From a candidate division FCPU426 bacterium (lineage in GTDB: Bacteria > Oederibacteriota > Muellerivitia > Muellerivitales > Muellerivitaceae), in the NCBI GenBank assembly GCA_963796105.1, contig CAWCKJ010000004.1:64001-128000 (forward strand): 64,000 bases of DNA, read 5' to 3'. The notes beneath the pieces are model-generated. The model had not been told where the DNA came from. It saw only the letters and a program-made list of their open reading frames with translations, and did not search any database. This document shows positions 58,508 to 64,000 of the stretch, piece after piece. The translations under genes were made by a program, and so were the position numbers. The first letter of the stretch is position 1; each line of letters opens with the position of its first letter.

Positions 58508-58978
58508 ATGAAAATCCATAAGGAAGCGAAAGTTCCCAGCTTTTTGAAGGAATTGAACCTTTTCGAGGGCCTTGAACACTCCGTCATCAATCAGATCTTC
58601 CGGTTGGGGCTGGTTCAGCACTTCAAGAAGGGGGATTCGGTTATCCGCGAGGGCCAATACGGCGGAAGGCTCTATATCCTGATCAACGGCAAGGCCGAGG
58701 TCGTGAAATCCGTCAAGGGAAGCAGGACCAAGGTCAAAAAGCTGGCCATTTACAACCGCGGGTCGGTCTTCGGGGAAATGAGCGTCTTTGACGGCGCGCC
58801 TTACTCGGCCACCGTCCGGACCTTGGCTGAAAGCGACATCCATATCATCCGGGGTTCGGATTTGGAGAATTTCCTCAAGAAAAACCCTGCTTCCGCCTAT
58901 TTGATCTTGCGGACCCTCTTGAGTTCCATTTCTAACAGGCTGCGCCGAACGAACCAGGCCCTTTCCCTGGCGGGCTGA
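58508..58978 (+). CDS. Stand-alone cyclic-nucleotide-binding domain protein
   Basis: 'LFEGL', 'IREGQYG..LYIL..GKAEV', 'FGEMS', 'SATV', 'RLRRTN'. No HTH. GGAGGG RBS. Confidence 0.88.
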   Translation: MKIHKEAKVPSFLKELNLFEGLEHSVINQIFRLGLVQHFKKGDSVIREGQYGGRLYILINGKAEVVKSVKGSRTKVKKLAIYNRGSVFGEMSVFDGAPYSATVRTLAESDIHIIRGSDLENFLKKNPASAYLILRTLLSSISNRLRRTNQALSLAG

Positions 58979-59023
58979 GGCTGATTCCGTGATAATTTAG
59001 AATCTTCCTATTTTTCTATCTCT

Positions 59024-61582
59024 CTAAGGCTTTGAATCCCGCGGGCTGGATTGCGCCCTCTCCACCAGTTCATCCAACGGTACCCATCCGGTCGCCCCGG
59101 GGACGGTCACGTTGATGTCAGGAAAATGGTCCCCGCCCCCAAAATAGACAGTCATTTTCACATGGTGTAACCCGGGCGGGAGTTTCACAAGATTGGTATT
59201 AAGCGCCTGTTTGGTTTTCGGGGGAACGGTTAGGACCCTTTTTCCATCCACGTCAAACCATACGATATTGCGGGTTTTGATCTCGAAAGAGTAGGAACCC
59301 CCGGCTTGAATTTCCCAATTCCCCTCCAATATCGCGCAATGCTTCCAATCATTCAGGGGCGCCGATGGAAGGTTTTCGTTCCAGCGGGCCACCCGGTCCT
59401 CATAGAGGATCAATCCCCGGCCCAATCCGTAATGATCATACCAGCGCCTCCGCCAGGTCCAGCCCGGCACACTCCGGACATGGATAAAGGCCTTTCCGTC
59501 CTCAGGAACCCGATCAAAAGGGATTTCCGTCCAGAAGAGGTGGGGTATGTCATTATCCCATTGGAAAAAATCCCGTTTTTTACCCCATTGGGTCCCGGGA
59601 AATTCCGCCTCTAATTTTTTTTGAGCCTCCACATCCTGGCCCCAAACGAGGATGGCTAGGTCCTTACCCTTCTCCCCCGCCGCCATGTCAATGGAGTTGG
59701 AGGCGCCAGCCTCGAATATTTCCTCACCGTCGGACAAGATATCCATAGAGCAGTTATAGAACCGCGGTTTCGGAACCAAGTACACCCGGTGATCCGGCAG
59801 TTCCTTCTCGGCCTGGTCCCAGACGGTGGTGCTGTCCGTCCTTTGCCCCATCCAATCCCAAATAAGCCCATGGTTCTTTCCCATTTCCCAAGCCAGGCCC
59901 GCCGCCAGGGCCAGAACAAAGATAAACTTGCCCGCCCCGCCCGGTTGCGTTTGAAGGAAAGCGGTCCAAAGCCGGTTCAAACCCCAGGCCCCGCCTGTAA
60001 GGATCGGGACGCTGCAGAGGACGTATCGGAAGGAGTGGGGCCCGTTGGAAAGCACCGGGGTGGTCGCGGACACAAGGAACAATAGGACGATGTAGCCCTT
60101 CAGCCAGCTTGGCCGGGCCAGGAAATAGGCCAAGGCCAGCAACGCGCAGGCGATGTCCAGGAACTCGTAAAGGGAATCCCCAATGGAGGGAATCTGGGAG
60201 GGGTGGACCGTCTGTCCCAGGAACAAATCCCAGGTAAAGACGATGTTCCTCCAAACTTTATACAATCCCTGCCCCGGGTCGCAAAAATCCCTGTTCCAGG
60301 CGGTGATGGCCTGGACATGTTGGGAATAGTTGGGATAAAGGTAAAAGGGGGCCATGAGAATGGCTGCCGCCAAGGCCCCGGTGGACCATCCCAAGAGTTT
60401 ACTGAAGCCTTTTTTTCTCTCATTAATAAAAACATGCAGGTAGCTGAACCCAAACAAAAAACCCAAGCCCGCGAGAAAAACCTGGCTCGTCATGATCCGC
60501 ATTGGGATATTGTCCCCGTTCAAAAGGGTGTTTTTGTAGAGGAACAACACCGCCCAGGCCGCCAGGAGAAAAGGGCCCAATATCACCCGGGTAAAAACAA
60601 ACCGCCTTTCCTTAGGATCTGAATAAACCCAAAGCCAGAGAACCCCCAGCATGACGGGCAGCCACGGACGGAACGGCACATAGGTATAACCCCCGAATCC
60701 CAGGGCCAATCCCCACTCCAGGAAATGGCTCAAACTCGGTTTCTTTATCGTACGTAAAAGGAAAAGGACAGATAGGGCCCCGGCCAGCACGCAGGTTTCG
60801 TTGTCATAGCAGAACTTCGTCACCATGATCATGAACTTGCAGGTGGAGCCCAGGGCCAGGAGCAGGATCCCCATCCTTCTCCCGCCGATCTCCTTGCCGA
60901 TCAAGTAAAAAATCCAAAGAGCGGCCATGTCGATGAGGCTGTCGCTGAAGAGCATGATGAAGTGGCCGTTGGCTTGGGGCAGGAGGATCCAGAGGAAGGC
61001 CGTCATGTAGGAATGAAAAGGTTCCCTGGTTCCCATCCAAAACATGAAGGGACAGTCATGGTAATCCAGGATGTTCCTCACGTCGGCCGTGAGGGTGTAA
61101 TGGTCGTCCCAAAAATATCCCGGGGGCTGGTGGGGATTTTCCAGCCTGAAATAAGCCCCCAATCCCATGAATACCCAGAACCAGAACCTGCCCGCGCCTT
61201 TCGAAAGGTCCCAGCTTCCCTCATCCAAAGGGGGAAATTTCCTGAAGTAATAAGCGAGGAGGCCGAACCCCAAGCAGATCAGAGGGACCGCGGGCAGGTG
61301 CCCGAACAGGTTATCGCGGGGAATGCGTGGAAAGTCAAAATGCACGAAGGGATTGCCCTTGTAAAAAAGAAGATTGAAACAAGGCAGGGAAAGAAGGCCC
61401 GCCATGACGATAAGCCATGAGGCGAATAGAAACTTGAAATCCCGTCCCAATGATGGGCCTGGTTGCGGTTGAACCGCCAGCGCCGGAACGGAGGAAATGA
61501 TGGCCGCGTTCTTTTTCGGGGGGCGCTTGAGCTTCGGAGCCTTGGGATCTGCCCTTTTCTTCTGTTTTTTTCTGACGGTCAT
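59024..61582 (-). CDS. GT-C membrane glycosyltransferase (GT39-like) with C-terminal PA14-like domain
   Basis: 'FRLENPHQPPGYFWDD', 'GFGGYTY', C-terminal 'GSYSFEI...VDGKRVL...LPPGLHHVKM'. GAGGA RBS. Confidence 0.75.
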   Translation of the reverse strand: MTVRKKQKKRADPKAPKLKRPPKKNAAIISSVPALAVQPQPGPSLGRDFKFLFASWLIVMAGLLSLPCFNLLFYKGNPFVHFDFPRIPRDNLFGHLPAVPLICLGFGLLAYYFRKFPPLDEGSWDLSKGAGRFWFWVFMGLGAYFRLENPHQPPGYFWDDHYTLTADVRNILDYHDCPFMFWMGTREPFHSYMTAFLWILLPQANGHFIMLFSDSLIDMAALWIFYLIGKEIGGRRMGILLLALGSTCKFMIMVTKFCYDNETCVLAGALSVLFLLRTIKKPSLSHFLEWGLALGFGGYTYVPFRPWLPVMLGVLWLWVYSDPKERRFVFTRVILGPFLLAAWAVLFLYKNTLLNGDNIPMRIMTSQVFLAGLGFLFGFSYLHVFINERKKGFSKLLGWSTGALAAAILMAPFYLYPNYSQHVQAITAWNRDFCDPGQGLYKVWRNIVFTWDLFLGQTVHPSQIPSIGDSLYEFLDIACALLALAYFLARPSWLKGYIVLLFLVSATTPVLSNGPHSFRYVLCSVPILTGGAWGLNRLWTAFLQTQPGGAGKFIFVLALAAGLAWEMGKNHGLIWDWMGQRTDSTTVWDQAEKELPDHRVYLVPKPRFYNCSMDILSDGEEIFEAGASNSIDMAAGEKGKDLAILVWGQDVEAQKKLEAEFPGTQWGKKRDFFQWDNDIPHLFWTEIPFDRVPEDGKAFIHVRSVPGWTWRRRWYDHYGLGRGLILYEDRVARWNENLPSAPLNDWKHCAILEGNWEIQAGGSYSFEIKTRNIVWFDVDGKRVLTVPPKTKQALNTNLVKLPPGLHHVKMTVYFGGGDHFPDINVTVPGATGWVPLDELVERAQSSPRDSKP

Positions 61583-61597
61583 TTCACGACTTCCTCG

Positions 61598-64000
61598 CTA
61601 TGGGGTTCCATGGGCAGGTTTTGAAACGACCGTGGAAGTATGAGATCCCGAAGTTAAATCATCCAGGAAAATTTCCGCCGCCGAGCCCGGCTGGACAACG
61701 GAAACCCTCGGAAATTTTTTCTCCCAGGTGAAATTAAGCACCATTTCCACGCGATGGTTCCCGGGAGCAAGGTCCACTTGGGCGATCCCGGTATGGGTTC
61801 CCCCGTCAGCGGGGATGTCGAGGATCTTCTTCCCGTCCACGAAGAACCAAACAAGGTTCGACGTCTCCATTTTCAGGGTGTATTTTCCTCCTGTGCTGAC
61901 GTACCAATTTCCTTCCACCCTGCCTGAATGCCAGCAATCCATAAATTCCTCCGCCGGCAGCTGGTCGTTCCAGCGAAATACCCTGTCCTCATTCAAAATA
62001 AGGCCCCGTCCCATGCCGTAATGACCGTACCAACGCCTCCGCCAGGAGAATTCCGGCACAAGGCGGGCATGGAAAAACCCCTGGTCGCTGACCGGCACCC
62101 GGTCGAATGGGATTTCGGCCCACCAGAGATAGGGCGTCTCACTTTCCGGCTTGCCGAATCTCTGGTGTTTGTTCCATTGGAGGCCCGGAAATTCCTCCTC
62201 AATCTTCCTCTGCGTTTCCACATCCCCGCCCCACAGGAGCACAGCCAGGTCTTTTCCTTTCTCTCCCGGCGGAAGGTCGATGGAATTGCTGTCGGTGGTT
62301 TGAAACAACTCCTGCCCATCGGCCAGGATATCCATAGCGATGGTATAAAAGTTAGGACGGTTCTTGACCATGTAAACACGGTGGTCAGGAAGCTCCTTTT
62401 GCGCCTGGTCCCAGACGGAGGTAGTGTCAGTTCGTTGGGCCATCCAGGTCCAGGTTAGCCAATGGTTTCTATCGACTTCCCAACCCAGGATCGACAAAAG
62501 GGCGATTAAGAAAACGGCTTTGGCCCCGGCGGGCGCAGTGCGTGGCATGGCCAGCCATAGCCGGTTAACACCCCAGGCGCCCGTGACGAGGATGGGCAGG
62601 TCGCAGATCACGTAGCGGAAGGAATGGGGCGCGTTGGAGATGACCCCGGGCAGGAGTGCGGTTACGAAAAGCAACAAGACGAAGCTTGTCACCCACCGTG
62701 GCCGCGCGATGAAGGAAGCTAGGCCCAGCAGGGCGCAGCCCACCGCGAGGAACTCGTAAAGGGAGTCCCCGATGGCGGGAAGCTGGGAGGGATGGACGGC
62801 CTGCTGGAATAGAAGCTGCCAGGTGAAGAAGATGTTCTTCCAGACTTTGAGCCAACCCTCTCCTGGCCTGGTAAATTCCTTGCTCCAAGCGGAAACATTC
62901 GACACATGGTCGAAGTAATGGAGGTGGAGGTAGAGTGGGGCCATGAGCAGCAAGGCCGCCAGGGCGCCGGATGCCCAGCCGAACAGCCTGCTGAATCCCT
63001 TCTTTTTTTCCCTACGAAAAACACGGATGAAACTCCATCCCAGGAGAACCGCCACGGGGGCGAGAAAATAGATGCTGGTGAGGCCCCTCATGATCAGGCT
63101 GTTCGGGGGCAGGAAGGAATTTTTGTACATGAAGATGACCGCCCAGGCGCCCAGAAAACCGGGTCCGATCACCGCCCGGTGAAAATCAAACCTCCTTTCC
63201 TTGGGACGAAGCGCCACCCAAATAAAAACGATTCCCAGCATGAGCGGGGCCCAGGGCCGGAAAGGAACGTAGGTGTAGCCCCCGAAGCCCAGCGTGAGTC
63301 CCCATTCCAGGAAATGGATCCAATCTGGTTTTTTCAACAGCCGGAGGAAGAACAAAAGCGCGAGGGCCGCCCCCAGGACGCAGGTGTCGTTGCCGTACTC
63401 AAACCGGGTCACCATGATCATGGTCTTGCAGGTCGCCCCCATGGCCAGGAGGATAACGCCCATCCGCCTGCCTCCTATTTCCTTTCCCAAAAGGTAAAAT
63501 AGCCAGACCGCCGTCATGTCGATGACGGTATTGCTCAAGAGCATGACGACCTGCCCAGAGGCCGAGGGCAGGAGGAGCCAAATCGAGGCGGTCAGGTAGG
63601 GAAAAAAGGGCTCCCGCCAGCCCGAGGGAAAGAGAAGGTAGCGGTTATGGAGGTCCAGGATGTTGCGGATGTCGGAGGTATGCGTGTAATGGTCATCCCA
63701 GAACCAGCCGGGGGGCTGGTGGATGTTTTCCAGGCGGAGATAAGAACCCAGAATCATGAAAAACCAGAAGCCTAATCTGGCGGACCAGGGGGGAATATCC
63801 CACTGGCTGTCCTCGGCTGGTTGAGCCCGCCGGAATAAAAGGATGAGGGCGATAAATCCGGCCCAAATCAACAAAGTCGGGGGAAGATGGGCGAAAAGGT
63901 TGTCGGTTAGGACCGGCGGAATATCGTTGCTGGTGAAAGGATTTGAAGAACCCAGCAGAAGGTTGTAATTGGGGACTGCCAAAAGCCCGGCCAGGAGCAC
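61598..64000 (-). CDS. GT-C membrane glycosyltransferase with PA14-like domain (5' end beyond window); tandem paralog of 59024..61582
   Basis: 'LRLENIHQPPGWFWDD', 'GFGGYTY', 'GKYTLKM...VDGKKIL...LAPGNHRVEM'. Confidence 0.75.
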   Translation of the reverse strand: MLLAGLLAVPNYNLLLGSSNPFTSNDIPPVLTDNLFAHLPPTLLIWAGFIALILLFRRAQPAEDSQWDIPPWSARLGFWFFMILGSYLRLENIHQPPGWFWDDHYTHTSDIRNILDLHNRYLLFPSGWREPFFPYLTASIWLLLPSASGQVVMLLSNTVIDMTAVWLFYLLGKEIGGRRMGVILLAMGATCKTMIMVTRFEYGNDTCVLGAALALLFFLRLLKKPDWIHFLEWGLTLGFGGYTYVPFRPWAPLMLGIVFIWVALRPKERRFDFHRAVIGPGFLGAWAVIFMYKNSFLPPNSLIMRGLTSIYFLAPVAVLLGWSFIRVFRREKKKGFSRLFGWASGALAALLLMAPLYLHLHYFDHVSNVSAWSKEFTRPGEGWLKVWKNIFFTWQLLFQQAVHPSQLPAIGDSLYEFLAVGCALLGLASFIARPRWVTSFVLLLFVTALLPGVISNAPHSFRYVICDLPILVTGAWGVNRLWLAMPRTAPAGAKAVFLIALLSILGWEVDRNHWLTWTWMAQRTDTTSVWDQAQKELPDHRVYMVKNRPNFYTIAMDILADGQELFQTTDSNSIDLPPGEKGKDLAVLLWGGDVETQRKIEEEFPGLQWNKHQRFGKPESETPYLWWAEIPFDRVPVSDQGFFHARLVPEFSWRRRWYGHYGMGRGLILNEDRVFRWNDQLPAEEFMDCWHSGRVEGNWYVSTGGKYTLKMETSNLVWFFVDGKKILDIPADGGTHTGIAQVDLAPGNHRVEMVLNFTWEKKFPRVSVVQPGSAAEIFLDDLTSGSHTSTVVSKPAHGTP

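Overview
Bacterial (diderm) chromosomal window with no rRNA, tRNA or CRISPR array that I can recognise. It is dominated by a cell-envelope glycosylation and secretion neighbourhood. This has 11 multi-pass membrane proteins of GT-C / O-antigen-ligase type, many with TPR or PA14 tails and several as paralogous pairs. It also has three secreted proteins with Thr/Pro-rich stalks ending in a T9SS-CTD/FlgD-like domain, a PorV/PorQ-family-FlgD-OmpA-TPR fusion, a PL14 lyase and a fused MFS/spermidine synthase. Housekeeping and regulatory genes: ddpX/vanX-like, moaB/mog, aroQ, glnA (sigma54 promoter) with a NifA-like activator, TolC-MacAB-MacAB, a degenerate class III cyclase, mutY, HPr, SRAP-umuD-umuC, dienelactone hydrolase, a glutaredoxin-like protein and a cNMP-binding protein. 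Two complete, diverged IS1595-family elements were delimited by IRs and 8-bp target duplications; one sits in the glnA upstream region and one in the last codons of the SRAP gene. Non-coding signals read directly from the sequence: (i) a perfect 16-bp palindrome over the umuD promoter whose ATAC-N4-GTAT core recurs over both IS transposase promoters (candidate new SOS box); (ii) five genes with a -10 hexamer exactly 6 nt before the start codon and no Shine-Dalgarno (candidate leaderless mRNAs); (iii) a family of dispersed hairpin repeats. The gene repertoire resembles poorly characterised candidate phyla such as FCPU426, which is inference only. All family assignments are from motif recognition, not database searches.
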